From Chromera velia (taxonomy: Eukaryota), in the NCBI GenBank assembly GCA_018398765.1, contig JAHBMJ010000118.1, forward strand, positions 1 to 56,080: a DNA stretch of 56,080 nt. The letters are read 5' to 3'. Positions 1 to 12,728 of this stretch are shown here, piece by piece. Under the pieces are notes generated by a model, which ran no database searches, was not told the origin of the DNA, and worked only from the letters and a program-made list of their open reading frames with translations. The first letter of the stretch is position 1; every line of letters begins with the position of its first letter. A program made the position numbers and the translations under genes.

Positions 1-98
<98 letters not shown>

Positions 99-341
99 AC
101 ACACGGACACACACACACACACGCACACATACACACACACACACATACACACACACACACACACATACACATACACACACATACACACACATACACATAC
201 ACACACACACACACATACACACACACACACACACACACATACACACACACATACACACACATACACACACATACACATACACACACACACACACATACAC
301 ACACACACACACACACACATACACACACAGACACACACACA

Positions 342-440
<99 letters not shown>
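1..440. repeat. (AC)n microsatellite with AT/AG interruptions
   Basis: Continuous acac run with occasional at/ag variants. It may lie in an intron of the minus-strand MCTP-like gene. Confidence 0.95.
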
Positions 441-811
441 TCAGCTTGTCAATAAGAGTTTTCAGAGCTGCACAAATGTGTCCTCTGAGCAACGACAGCA
501 AACGCACAAAGACGGAGGTATCCGACTGGGCACAAATGAGCGTGAAGCGCAAGTAGCAACGCACAGTCAGACATATGCATCCATGCAGGACATCCATGTG
601 CAGTCAGACGCATTTGCTGTTACGCTTTCACATCCGTTCACCACGCACCCACTCAAGCAAACAGAGGGAACGCGAACAAGCAACGGCATTCAGACACAGA
701 CACACAGAGACTCATGCAAGCAGAGACAGAAACACAGCTACGCGGCAGGCACGACGAGAGGGATAACATATGACAAAGCCAGTTTACCTATGCACTCACT
801 CACTCACTCAC

Positions 812-1572
812 CTGCGATCGCAAAGAAAAGTCTCAGCGGGAGCAGGTGGAGGAGAACGGAGAGGAGGACACAAATAAGGGCACAGCTCGCGTGGATTGTT
901 GCAGAGATTTGGACGTCAGCGAAGTTGAACGCGTTGGACAGACGTTCGGCCTTCGAGGCAATCTCCCCACATTTGCTTTGAAAGGTTGCAACCCCATCTG
1001 CACACACACATAGACAGGCAAGCAGCTAAACGTAAATACAGACAGGCACATGCCGACAACCAAAACTGTACATCAGAAAGAAACACAGCGAACACCCTAC
1101 AAAAAAACGATGAATGGAAGCGTTTTGCAACGGACCAACAGAGACGATGACGTTGGCAGCAAACCAGAAGGACGAAATGTGGTGGTGAAAAATCAGCTGT
1201 GCCCCGTGTGTCCGTCTCTCTCCTTCTTTCTGTCTTTCGTCATCTTCTCCTTCCTTTCTGTCCGCATCTCATCATGTGCGGGCGAAGTGCCTCCCAGCTT
1301 TGAGTGGATATCTGAGTGCTTCTCTTCTGTTCTTCTTCTGTTACCTTCTTTGCCATTCAAGTGGCAGAGCAACCATTTTGTTTGCTTTGTTGTCTGAGTG
1401 CCAGATAGTCAGACTGCCTGTCTGCCTGACTGACTGACAGAAAACTTTCCGATACTTCTGCCTCAGAGAGAGTGCGGACGCATCCTCCTCTCCTTGGAGG
1501 TCTCTGTCGTCCTCCCAGAGAAGAACCTGAAAGGTCGAAAGAATCAATCAATCAAAAACAGAAGAACAAGAA

Positions 1573-1616
<44 letters not shown>

Positions 1617-1620
1617 ACGA

Positions 1621-1660
<40 letters not shown>

Positions 1661-3487
1661 GAAACCAAACTCACCGTGCACAAGCGGGTAGGTTAATGCA
1701 AACGCACGCACGCATGCATGCAGGAGGAGAGTCCCTCCCGCAACAAAACAGGGCCAAACGCAGAGAAATTGTGCAAAAACTCTCACTCTCCCACGGATGC
1801 GCTTTGAAAAAAAAAACAGCATGAATGAATGCACATGAATTGTCACGAACGGAAGAGAGAATGAAAAAAAAACAAAGGCGGGCATGCAGCAACAGACTCA
1901 ACCTAAATTCCCTCTCACCGACTCACCCACCCACCCGTCTCCTCTGCAACAAAGGGAGCGGCCGAAGGAGACTCTTGGGGTTCTGTCGAGGAAGGGGGAT
2001 TCCCAGATCTTCCGCCAAGTCACTCAGCCACTTAGGCGTCTCTCTTTGTTTGACTACCACCGGCCTGGGACTAATCGGGGCCTCTGCTGTCTTTGCTGCC
2101 TGTCCCCCGAGAAGCCTGCGTGGGGGGGATCTGCTGACGGGGGGTGTCGTTCTTCCGTTCACGTTCAGTTGCGTGCGTGGAGGGGACGGAGAGACAACGG
2201 ATAGAGATGAATTCGACCGAGCGACAAAAGGACCGTCATCTACCTGCCCCCCTCCAGCATCACTGCCTCTGTAAATCTCTCTCTCGCCGTCTTCTCTTCC
2301 CTCCCCTGCGCTTTCTAACAGGTCCCTCTCCCCCCCTGCGAGCAACCCCCCCGGACGTGTACGCGGAGGGACGGAAGCAGCGGCAGCGACTGCACACGGA
2401 CATAGCGGAAGGAAGAAAGCGCAGACACCTGTACCCTCATCGAACTACAAGCTTTCGACTCAAACAACAGAGCGCCCTTCCCAAACAGCCCACATCGATA
2501 GAACAAAGGAAGGATTACACAGACAGACTACAGAGGCCAACAAAGGAAGGATTACACAGACAGACTACAGAGGCCAACAAAGGAAGGATTACACAGAGAG
2601 ACTACAGAGGCCAACAAAGGAAGGATTACACAGACAGACTACGGGGGCCAACAAAGGAAGGATTACACAGACAGACTACAGAGGCCAACAAAGGAAGGAT
2701 TACACAGACAGACTACAGAGGCCAACAAAGGAAGGATTACACGGACAGACTGCAGAGGCCACCCCCCGTCCTCGCAGGCCCTATGCTTTCACCCCTTTCT
2801 CAAGCGCAACGAGATAAGAAAAACAAAGAAAGAAAGAAAGAAAGAAAGGGGCCCCAAGTAACTTGACCCCCGCCACTCACCCCCCCCATATTCCCTCAAG
2901 AGGAGCCCCTCCACAGAAGGATGTGCCACCCTTGGAGGAGCAGGCAGAGTGAGGAAGTGGGAGGCCACGCCGTTCGAAAGGATGACTGTGAACACCCACA
3001 CAGGCCACATCCAGGGCTCAGCCGTCAGACAGATGAAAGCCCTGCACTCACACACACAAGAGAGAGAGAGAAAGAGAAGAGACGTGAATGAAAGAGAGCG
3101 AAAAATGCCCGTACAATGCCACAGAAAGAAAAGCGGAGAATCCATATGCAGGACGAGAATCCAGAACGTGCTTCCCTCAATCTGTTGATCGCGATTGCAT
3201 TGCTTGTAGTCATCAACAGTAGATCGTTCATTTCACTCGATAGACAAAAACGGATTTCATCAGACTGTTCGCCCCACTTGATGCGAAAGCTGAAAGAAAG
3301 GTCTCGGTGGTCTGTGTTCTTTGGTCGGCTGAGCCAAGTGGCATGAGAGACGACAGTTTTTCTTTCTTTCTTTCTTTCTCTTTCTTTCTTTCTTTCTCTT
3401 TCTTTTTTTCTTTCTTTCTTTCTTTCTTTTTTTTTTCTTTCTTTCTTTTTTTCTTTCTTTCTTTCTTTCTTTCTTTCTTTTTTTTTT

Positions 3488-3518
<31 letters not shown>

Positions 3519-5693
3519 CTTTCTTTTTTTCTTTCTTTCTTTCTTTCTTTTTCTTTCTTTCTTTCTTTCTTTCTTTCTCTTTTTTTCTTTCTCTTTCTTT
3601 CTTTCTTTCTTTTTCTTTCTTTCTTTCTTTCTTTTTTTTTTTCTTTCTTTCTTTTTTTCTTTCTTTTTCTTTCTTTCTTTCTTTCTTTCTTTCTTTTTTT
3701 CTTTCTTTCTTTCTTTCTTTTTTTTTTTCTTTCTTTTTTTCTTTCTTTCTTTCGTTCTTTTTTTCTTTCTTTCTTTCTTTCTCTTTTGGACGGATGCCCT
3801 TCGACGGCCTGAAAAGTTTTTTTTCTTTCTCAGCCCGTCTCGGAACTTCGAGGATCAGACCAAACAAACACAGATGCATATGCAGATCGAGCGAGGGAGC
3901 AAGAGTAAGACATCGAAATTTGCAGACCCCCAAATTGACTGACCAGAGAGCACAAATGAAGATGAGCCCAGGCATGGAGGAAAGAAATATTCGGAGCAGG
4001 ACAGGGAACGGGAGAGCATCTCCGAGACGGAGGAAATTCCGACGAATCGTCAGAATGTCAACTCCAAAATCATCCCCTTCTGCATGCAGGATTCATTCAA
4101 TCGCAGCAAACGAAAGAAACAAAATCAGACAGACAGACCTTTGTGGACGCCACAATGTGTGTAACCACAAAATCAGGCATCGTGCTCTTTACGTATTCTC
4201 TAACACAGTCTCTCTTTTCTTCGCTGTCATTCCAGCGTCTGTAGTCAGCCTGCCCCTGTAGACTTCCTCCCTCATTGCCCTTCTCTTCCCGAGAAAGTCC
4301 GATTCTTTCTCCTGCACCGAAGTCTTCTGACTTCCTTCCTTCTTGACACGAAACGAATCGCCCACTTCTGTCAAGACTTTTATTTTCTCTGCCTTCCCTT
4401 GCAGAAGTCAATCGGTTGACTGCTCCCCTCCCACCACTCACCTTCTCCTTCAGCAGCCCCCTTTTTGTCCCTGCTCTCTCCAGGCTGTCCCTGTTCCCCC
4501 TCTTCGCCCCCAGCCGCAGCGGCACTGAGAGGAACACTCAAAGCCTGCATGCACACATGCACGCATGCACGCTCCAGATTCCTTCCGTACTTCGTTCATT
4601 CCTTCCAGCTTCAACAGAAGTACCTGAACATTTTTCAGGCAACAGCAGGTTCCTTAAGGGCTATCAGGCGAGACAACGTGCATACACACTCGGAAGAGAG
4701 AGCCCGGTCAGTGAGTGTCGAATGATGAAAAGCTTACATGTAAGTCTGGGAGGTTACACACACAAATGCATGCTCCCACCTGCCCTCACGCCTGAATGAT
4801 CGAAGCCCTATCGGGCAGACTAACCTTCAGGGCAGGCACAGCGAGGGAAAAGCTAACGGACAGCTGTAGAACCCCCAACGGAGACCGGGGTCTGGCCATC
4901 GCGCTGCCCTTTGCAAATTTGACCCCTGCCTGCAAGTTCTTTCCAAAGTATCAAAAGCAGAGGAAAACCACCCATGAAGACAGGTAGGAGGAGAGACGAA
5001 AGTTCTCGCACGGTGTGTGCCTTTTGCATGACTCTCAAGAAAAACTTGAAGACACATTGATAGGAGATAGATAAAAAAAACAAAAAAGAAGAAAGACAAG
5101 AGGAGGGCGTCCCTTTCAGAATTGCCAGCACAAGTCAAGAAAAGAAAACACACACAAATCAAGAGAAGAAAGAAAACACACACAAATCAAGAGAAGAAAG
5201 AAAACACACACAAATCAAGAGAAGAAAGAAAACACACACAAATCAAGAGAAGAAAGAAAACAAAAAAAAAGAAATCCGAAGGAAGGACCCATGCACAGAC
5301 CTCAAATTTGTACACATTCGCCATCAGACCCGCGGTCCTCTCTGCTGCAGACGGGAGGAGGGCCCCTCTCTTGGAGACGGGAAAGAACTCAACCCATTGG
5401 GGGGAACTACCGCCTCCTCGTCTCTTTCTTTGAGGGAGCAAGTGGGTCTCTCTGCAGACATGCACCACCAGAAAGAGAGAGAGAGAGACCGTCATGACAC
5501 GACGCACCGTCATTTGCGAGTGTGTACGGTTCTTCAAACACGAAGATTCAGAAAAGGGAGATAGATGGGCACAAACCAGAAAATTTCACCGCCCTCTGAC
5601 CAATTGGGAGGCAGATCGCGGAGTGAGTGCAGAGGTACACAGAAACAACCACGAGAAACAATCGTTTGCCCTCGTCCATCCATGACCCTTTCA

Positions 5694-5760
<67 letters not shown>

Positions 5761-7418
5761 TGACACACACACACGCACACACACACATGCACACACACAC
5801 ACAGACCCACCCAGGATGCCCCCCGTCAAACGCCGACCACCCGGAGGGAAACACGCAAATTCTCCCAACCACCCGAAGTCTCTGGAGAAGCCTCTCCCTC
5901 TCCACGAGAAGTATGAACAAACTCGACCGGATGTCTCGGATCTGAAATGAAAGAAAAAAAGAACAAGGGAGGCAGGAAGGTTGGAAGGAGGATATGTGAC
6001 AAGGCCCGAAATGTCTGTCATTTTGTACGAAAAGAAACGCACATTGGCGTCAAAAAACACGCCCGACGACAAGGGAAAATGCACGACAGATGAAGGGTTG
6101 GTAAGTAAACGACGAGCAAAGAGGCTGCCGAAGACGAAAACTGAGAAAGAGTCAAGAAAGTCTCAAAAAGAACATCATCCAACTGCCTTCCTGCAAGCAT
6201 TCATCCCCCCAACGAACACACCTTCCCTAACCGACCTCGAACGAGAAGATCGCGCGTCCGTTCTCGATTTTTGCATTCACTCCCTCTCCCCCTCCCTGTG
6301 CAGATGCGAAGACAAACCTCCCCCCTCCCCCCTGCTCCGTCTGGGGCCATGCAACAGGATCCTCTGCCTTCGCCTCCGACCCGTCGATGTGCAGAAGGAG
6401 GGAAGGAGTTCGGGAGGCAAGGGCGCACCCGCACTCTATTGACACCTCAACACGCCCACACACCTCCCGCCGTGTCGCTCCTGTGCCTTCTAGCCTGACG
6501 TGCAGAATCAAAGAGGGACCACCACAGCTTTCTTTCACACAGGTTTGTTTCCGTATGATTCATTTCGAAGTCATTTTTGTAATAATTCCACATTAAAATA
6601 CTCGGAATTCGGCTCTTCCTCAACCGACACCCATGGGAAGAGATGAGCAAGAGAGACGGTGAGAGGCAGAGAATGAGAAAGGGCGGAAATTAGAAGAGAG
6701 AAAGAAATTGAAAACCCGGAAAGATGGAGAAAAAGGGAAAAGATGAGCTCCAGTGAAGCAGACAGAGCGAAGAGTCACAGATGGCCGAAAGGAAAAAGAC
6801 CAACTAAAAGATGAAGGTCTGAAAGTGCGAAGACGGGACGAGGTAAGGATACACAGAAAGAAAAATAAATATCAGGGCAGACTCGGTGCGACAAATGAAG
6901 AGGAAACAACTGCCTGCCTGACGGCGCTCGGTGCAGACTGACCTTCTCAAGGGCAGTCGGTCTCGTCCTGTGAAGGTTTTGGTTTGTCTTCTTCCATTTT
7001 TCTCAAAAAATTGTGCGATTGCCTCATCTACCGTCCTTGGTTCTCGCTCCTTCTCTTTTTCCTTCTCCGTCTCTGTCTTTGGTGGGACGAGTTCTGTCTT
7101 TTCTCTCTCCGGTTCTTGGCTTGACCCCCCATCTCCCTCTTTCTCTTTATCTTTTTCCTTTTCAGAACCAGCTGCTCCTCTGTCTCGTCTGTACAGAGAC
7201 CAGAAACCTGAAGTGGAAGGCGCAGGGGAAGTGGATGTTTGTGGCTTTGTGGTCGTTGCCGTCTCCTTTTCCTTCTCGGTTTCCTTCAGCTGTTCATCCG
7301 TTGCCGTCTCTCCAATCCCTGGACTCTTGGTCCGGCGTTGCTGCTGCGACTGTTCCCTTGCCTGAGACCGTCTGGCTGCGGATTCCTGAACAAGGTTCTT
7401 CACTCTCGAGAGGAACAT
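812..7418 (-). CDS. Multi-exon MCTP-like protein (C2 domain + transmembrane PRT_C-like region); 3' end not located
   Basis: ATG at 7418 (MFLSRVKN...), exon 1 ending at a GT donor after 6943. Further AG/GT-bounded exons at about 6236-6495, 5810-5940 (IRDIRSSLFILLVER...VVGRICV, C2-like), 5300-5430, 4824-4929, 4442-4544, 3944-4080 (ILTIRRNFLRL), 2860-3030 (EPWMWPVWVFTVIL), 1925-2270, 1436-1525 and 812-997. The last reads QSKCGEIASKAERLSNAFNFAD...LLHLLPLRLFFAIA, matching the MCTP/PRT_C pattern. The junctions I checked between the 5300 and 3944 exons are phase-compatible. Confidence 0.72.
2502..2760. repeat. 37-bp minisatellite x7 (aacaaaggaaggattacacagacagactacagaggcc)
   Basis: Seven near-identical head-to-tail units, probably intronic. 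Confidence 0.9.
3357..3787. repeat. (TTTC)n polypyrimidine microsatellite, intronic
   Basis: Degenerate TTTC array that generates the spurious K/E/R-rich and F/L/S-rich ORFs. Confidence 0.92.
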
Positions 7419-7984
7419 CACGCCTGTACGAAGAAATAACTGTCTACCTCCACAAAAATCCAGCACTCAGCCGGACAAGACAACGTCAGAACATCGACGT
7501 GGATGTGCACGAGGACATGTGCGAACAAAAGCTTTCTCAGAACGCGGTTTACCAACTCCTCACTCCTCTCCTTTGTCGTTCAAGGCGAGTCGACCAACGT
7601 TCGAACACAGCTAGTCCTCTCATGTCCTCTCATCCAAATGTCCTCTCATCCAAATGTTGGAAGTTACCTCGTACGCACGCGTATCCTCCGCGCGGAGTAT
7701 ATATAGCTCGCATAGCTCGGCGAGTCTCGCGCGCAATATCGCGCAATGGAGAGCGGAGTACCCCCCCCCGGGAAGGATGGAGGGGCCAAAAGCCCCTGAG
7801 GGGACCCCCCCCCCTTTTTCCGGGGTGATATGGCAGGCCTATTCAAATCCTATTCAATGCTTCGCGGAGCTTCATCCGGCCCTAGCAGATAAAAAGAACC
7901 TGCCAAGAGGTGTGCGCGTTTGTTTGGAATACCAGCTGGCAGAAAAAGTTGGAGATACGTCGCTTTTGCGGCTGCACTTCTGAA
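7419..7984. promoter_or_regulatory. Putative bidirectional promoter/5' UTR region between the divergent MCTP-like and RsmE-like genes
   Basis: About 570 bp between head-to-head ATGs. CpG-rich, with TATATATA near 7698. Positional inference only. Confidence 0.4.
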
Positions 7985-10900
7985 ATGGCGTGTGTCCGTC
8001 TCTTTCTCCAACTGTTGTTCTGTCTTGTCTCTTGTGTCTCTTATGCTGGTGCAGGAGCGACACCGCTCTCTCTGTCGCCTTTTCTGATTCCGCCTCGTCG
8101 AATTCACGAGAAAGAAAAAGTGAAAACGGCCCTGTCACTAAATCGGATCATGTTTGAGAGGGAAGAGTTTGACAACACTTACAGAGTCACGAGACGGCAA
8201 ACAAGAGACGGGAAACGTTACCTCGACATTCTCCTCGAGGTCTCAGACCACAGAGCCCAGCACTGCGCGCGGGTGTTGAGGACAAAAAGCGGAGACACTC
8301 TGCGGATGGGTGTGGTCAATTGTGGAGCGAGGGACGATGCGACTGCCGAGTGGGTCCAGCGCGTGTCCCCCATCGTAGAAGGGGATCACTCACAGAACAC
8401 CTCTTTGGGTGTACAAGTCCAACGGCGAGGGTTCGAAGAGCGGGGCGAAGGGAAGGAAGAACTCGAAGGAAAACAGTACAGGCCTCTGGATCGATGGTGC
8501 CCTGCTGCCACTCACCTGCGTCTCAGCATGCGAGAAGAGAGAGACGGGGAAGGCATAGGACTTTCTCCTTGTGTGAGTGAGGGGACTGAAGGAGGGGTGG
8601 GTGCCGATGGAGATTTGACAGTGTGTGCGGCCTCACGAGAGGAAAATTTGGATATGCACTTGAAAGAAGGATTCAGGAGACGTCTTCAAGGACTTTGGCA
8701 GAGGGCGAAGACGATCGTTGGTCTTCCTCTTCGGCTAGCGGAGGGCACCGCAAATAAAGACGAGCGTGGGGAGAAAGCGGAAGAGGATTGTGGAGGCACA
8801 CCGTGTCCTTCTTTTGCCTCTCCAGCAGCCACAAAGCGTCTCCTCATCTATCCCATGACGACCCTCGAGACTCAATTGTCCTGGCCTCTCCTCTCAGAGC
8901 TTCCCTCAAGTCTGCGTCCCAAAGTGGACCTGCTCCTCTGCCTTCCGAGGGTCTCCTCTCTCAAGAGAATTATCCCGGCAGTCGCATCTCTACAGGCAAG
9001 TCTATCAACAAGGTGAACTGTGTGAATCAATGAAGAGATTGTCAGTAGAGGAATGCGTGGGAGAATGGGCCAGGAAGAACATCCGTCGAAAGAATGATCG
9101 AGTGAATGTGGGACGTAACAAACCACTTTGTTTCAGGTTCCCGCTTGCCACATGTCCTGACTGTGAGGCAACTACGTCTGCTCCTGAGTTGAAAGACGGG
9201 ACCCGAAGCTTTGAGGCACGGAAAATAAGAAAAAGGGATAGCGAATGAATGTGTGAGAGTCCGTGAAGCTCCTTGGAAAGGCAAGAAAGAAGAAGGAAGC
9301 GCGATATAGTAAGATAGGGCTTCTCTTCATTCGCTCTCTCTGGTTTTCTTAACGACTTTTCCTCTCTCTTTCGCTGTGTCGTCCTGCAAAGGGAAACTTG
9401 AGAGAAACACATGAATCAAACACAGAGCGAACAGAGCCTGACGCGCCCTCTAAAAGAAGACAATCTTTCTGCTCACCTGCCTTTCTGTCTGTCGGTCTAT
9501 GGGTCTCCATGACCTTTCGTTTTTCTCTCCATGCCTGCCTTTCTGGTGGCCTTGCTGAAAATTGAATTGCCCACTTCTCTTTTTGACACTTTTGGAAATA
9601 GACAGCACGAAGAGAGAGAAAGAGGAGAACGAAGCAACGGAAAGGAAGAAACAGAGAGCGGCCTACTCTGTCTCTGCGTGCGTCAGTGTAGCTGTGGGTC
9701 GCCTGTCTGTTCGACTGTCCAAATGCATGTTGGCTTTCCCCTTTTGCAGGTGGACCGTCTCTTTTTGTGTGGCGGCTCCCGTGTGGAGCCTCAGTATTGG
9801 TCTTCCCGTGTTATGAGGGACGAGGGGAACCTCGAGCGTATGCTCGTGGAGGGGTGCGCTCAATCTGGAATCGTGCAGAAGCCTCAGTCAGTCAGTTTGT
9901 GTTTCGATACATTCTGACAGTCTGTCAGATCACTCAGTCGGTTGGTGGGTCAGTCAGCTAGGGCAGCAGTCAATTTGTCAGGCAGATCGATCGAGAGAAA
10001 GGGAGTCAGTCAGTCAGTCAGTCAGTCAGTCAGTCAGTCAGTCAGTCAATTAGGTGGTATACAAGGGAAGGGGGCGGCAGAGTGGGTGGGCGCTTTTGCG
10101 GGTGCACGGTGCTGCCTGCTGCTTCAAAGCAAAATGGACTGCCACCTTTCGGTCGGGTTGAAACGAAAGGAAAAGTTCCAAGAACTAAATGATCAAGTAC
10201 CACAAGACAATCGGCACTCGAGCAGACAGACGCACAGCTAGCCACTGCAGGCTGACAGGTGAATGCCTGAAGTTTCACACAAACTTCCGTCAAAAAAGGG
10301 ACGACCCGAAAAAAAGACAATCAAACCAGTCGAAGACATTCAACGGATAACCGCCGCTCTGTCCACAGCAGGGTAAGCATCAAGGGGCCGCTGCTTTTAC
10401 TGCACAAGCGGTTTGTGTGTAGTGCATGCTTCGATCTGCTGAATGCGACATGTGGAACTCCCACCAAGTTATTATACACAACTTGTGTGTGTGTGTGTGT
10501 GTGTGTGTGTTCTTTTGTTGTCTTCTTCGCAGTCAGTCGTCTCTGTTCCATGCCTTTTTGCAGACTCCTCATCCGGCAAAACCTCCGAAAATTCCTCACG
10601 GAAGAGCTAGACGGGTTAGTGCCTCGAGACTCTGCAATCCGCATCGCAGCCCATCCGTCAAGACTGGGGCCTCTGGATTGGAGGGGGTCTGTGTCCTCTT
10701 TCTCTGAGGCTGCAGCGCTTTCGTCGTTGTCTTCTGCTTTGTTAGACGAGAAACCACAAACGGTCGAGAAACTCGGGCAGGGCACGCGGCCTCAGCGTGT
10801 TATTTTAGCAATAGGCCCTGAAGGAGGCTGGGATGAGCCGTCGGAGCTGGATCTTCTGTCTTCAGTGGGCTTCGTGGGTCTCTCTCTTGGGGCATCGACG

Positions 10901-10987
10901 CTCCGCACAAGCACAGCGCTTCCAGTGCTGCTTGCTCTTGCTCATCAATGGGTACAAACAAGTATTGAAACAAAAAAGTCTTATTAA
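7985..10987 (+). CDS. rsmE: RsmE-like 16S rRNA (uracil1498-N3) SPOUT methyltransferase with signal/transit leader; exons 7985-8995, 9750-9886, 10564-10987
   Basis: Motifs LNRIMF, HCARVLR..GDTLRMGVVN, VDLLLCLPR...LKRII, RVEPQYWSS, EGCAQS, LAIGPEGGW and LGASTLRTSTA. The hydrophobic N-terminus resembles a signal peptide. Exon phases join (0, then 2) if intron 1 uses a GC donor. Confidence 0.85.
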
Positions 10988-11153
10988 AAAAAAAACATGC
11001 GTTCATTAGAACTTTTAGAGGTGTTAATTATGGGAAGTTCCTAGTAGCGAGGTATAGCGAGGTTCCTGCGCAAGTTCTTAGCTAGGTTCTTAGAAATTAT
11101 GATACTGCTGAATCCAGTGCTGATTCATGCATATTTCTAATAATCATCAATGT

Positions 11154-11999
11154 TAGGGCTGGGAAAAGGTTCATTGAGAAAAGGTTTAAATCTGAAAAAG
11201 TGAACCTGTTGAACCTGTTTTGAACCTGTTGAACCTGTTTTGAACCTGTTTTGGAGGCCAGACACGCGGCCACTGGCACAAGGCCGGCCAGGCCCGCGCC
11301 GTCCACGGCCCATGTAGGTGAAATAAGGAGCCGGAGCCGCGCGCACAGCAACTGTCCCCAGCCGGTTCAATCTATTGTATCGGACAGACGCATGTCAGCA
11401 TATGTCAGCATCATATGTCAGCATGAAAACTCATGCTGACAGTTGCAGAAGTGAAGAAGTATACATGATTTACCAAGTTTTCCACTTGCAACTTTGAAGG
11501 TCACTGGCAAAGAGGCGGCGGGAGCAGCAGGTCAAAGAGACGGCGGTACACGGAGAAGGAGGGGGGGAGCGGGGGCCGCGGGGCAACCGGTGAGCAGATG
11601 AAAGAAAGAAAGAAAGAAATGCTGTGATACACTGATAGTCTTATATTAACTAAATTGTCATGATTAATATGATCATATAAATTTAATTATGACATTTTCC
11701 ATTTTTTTCAGGCTTTTTTGATTACTAATTTTCGACTATAAACAGTGAATAACTTGAGACTAGCACCTAATATAAGCGTAAATATTGATTTAAACTATTT
11801 AAAAACACTACTAAGGCATAGATTCTATAATAAAACGTTCTAAAAATGCATTAAAGCCTAATTTAAAGGCATAAGATAATATAAAAAAATGAGGTTTCTA
11901 TTAATTAAAAGTGAACCTGTTTTTGAACCTGTTTTTCAACCTGATTCAGGTTCATTACTTCGAAGTGAACCTTGAACCTTGAACCTTTTCCTAGCACTA
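11154..11999. mobile_element. Non-autonomous hAT-like DNA transposon (MITE), 846 bp
   Basis: Left end TAGGGCTGGGAAAAGGTTCA; reverse complement of the right end TAGTGCTAGGAAAAGGTTCA (18/20 match). Clustered subterminal GAACCTGTT repeats at both ends. No transposase ORF and no perfect 8-bp TSD. Confidence 0.72.
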
Positions 12000-12649
12000 A
12001 TCATCATCATAGTACTATATATTTGGCATCAATACCACATCATATTGTTTAAAGAATAAAAAAATATATCGTAATAATGATATGTACAACCTTCATATGT
12101 ACGTACGGACTGCGATGGACTAGGCTACGGAACTAAGATGTTCTATTTTTTTTTATGATGTTTTAATTATATTCTATTATATTCGATCAATTTTTGAAGC
12201 AGTCCCTTAATTCTGTCAATTAGCAACCCTAGCCTAGGCTTCTAAGCAGCCTGCAAAGCACAACATGTAACTCTAAGTGCAAAGAGACTGTTGTTTATTC
12301 AAAGTTTGATAAAAATATCAAGGAAAAAAATAAAATGGTTTTGCGTTGCTTTTCCAATGCCTGTAAAGCCCGCGGCGTTTGTAGGTAAACGCCGCGAGGC
12401 CGCAAAACGGCCCCACTCTGCCGTGGGGCACCCAAAGAGCGCTTTGTGGCGCGCTGTAGAGGAAAGTTTCCTCGAGTCTGCACCGTGTCGCAGAGCGACT
12501 TTCCAAGCTACTCTGTGGAGCCCTGCGACAAACCATTCACAGACTTGTTAAAACACAGTGAAAACATGTATACTAAAGAGCCTTCCGAAAAATTTTGGCG
12601 CCTGCGGCGCAAATTGCTCGTTTTATGAGTATATATTAGCAGGATGAGC

Positions 12650-12728
12650 GGGGGGGGGGGGGGGGGGGGGGNNNNNNNNNNNNNNNNNNNNNNNNNNNNN
12701 NNNNNNNNNNNNNNGGGGGGGGGGGGGG
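12650..12728. other. Poly-G tract with assembly gap (N 12672-12714)
   Basis: Seen directly. A second small N gap lies at 14301-14314. Confidence 0.95.

Noticed and set aside
2144..2866. 240-aa repetitive ORF / CRISPR-like periodicity
   Set aside because: A head-to-tail 37-bp minisatellite with no unique spacers, antisense to the MCTP-like gene.
3025..3975. 316-aa K/E/R-rich and 211-aa F/S-rich ORFs
   Set aside because: These are translations of a (TTTC)n intronic microsatellite. The same applies to ORFs near 1472-1885, 14972-15602, 17447-18013, 32774-33919 and 55533-55937.
7766..7825. GC-rich inverted repeat as a terminator or ncRNA
   Set aside because: Imperfect pairing driven by G/C homopolymers, in a eukaryotic promoter context, with no family resemblance.
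12650..12728. Poly-G (and poly-C at about 47484-47512) as functional G-quadruplex or element ends
   Set aside because: The poly-G flanks an N gap and homopolymer lengths are unreliable; no matching element structure is visible.
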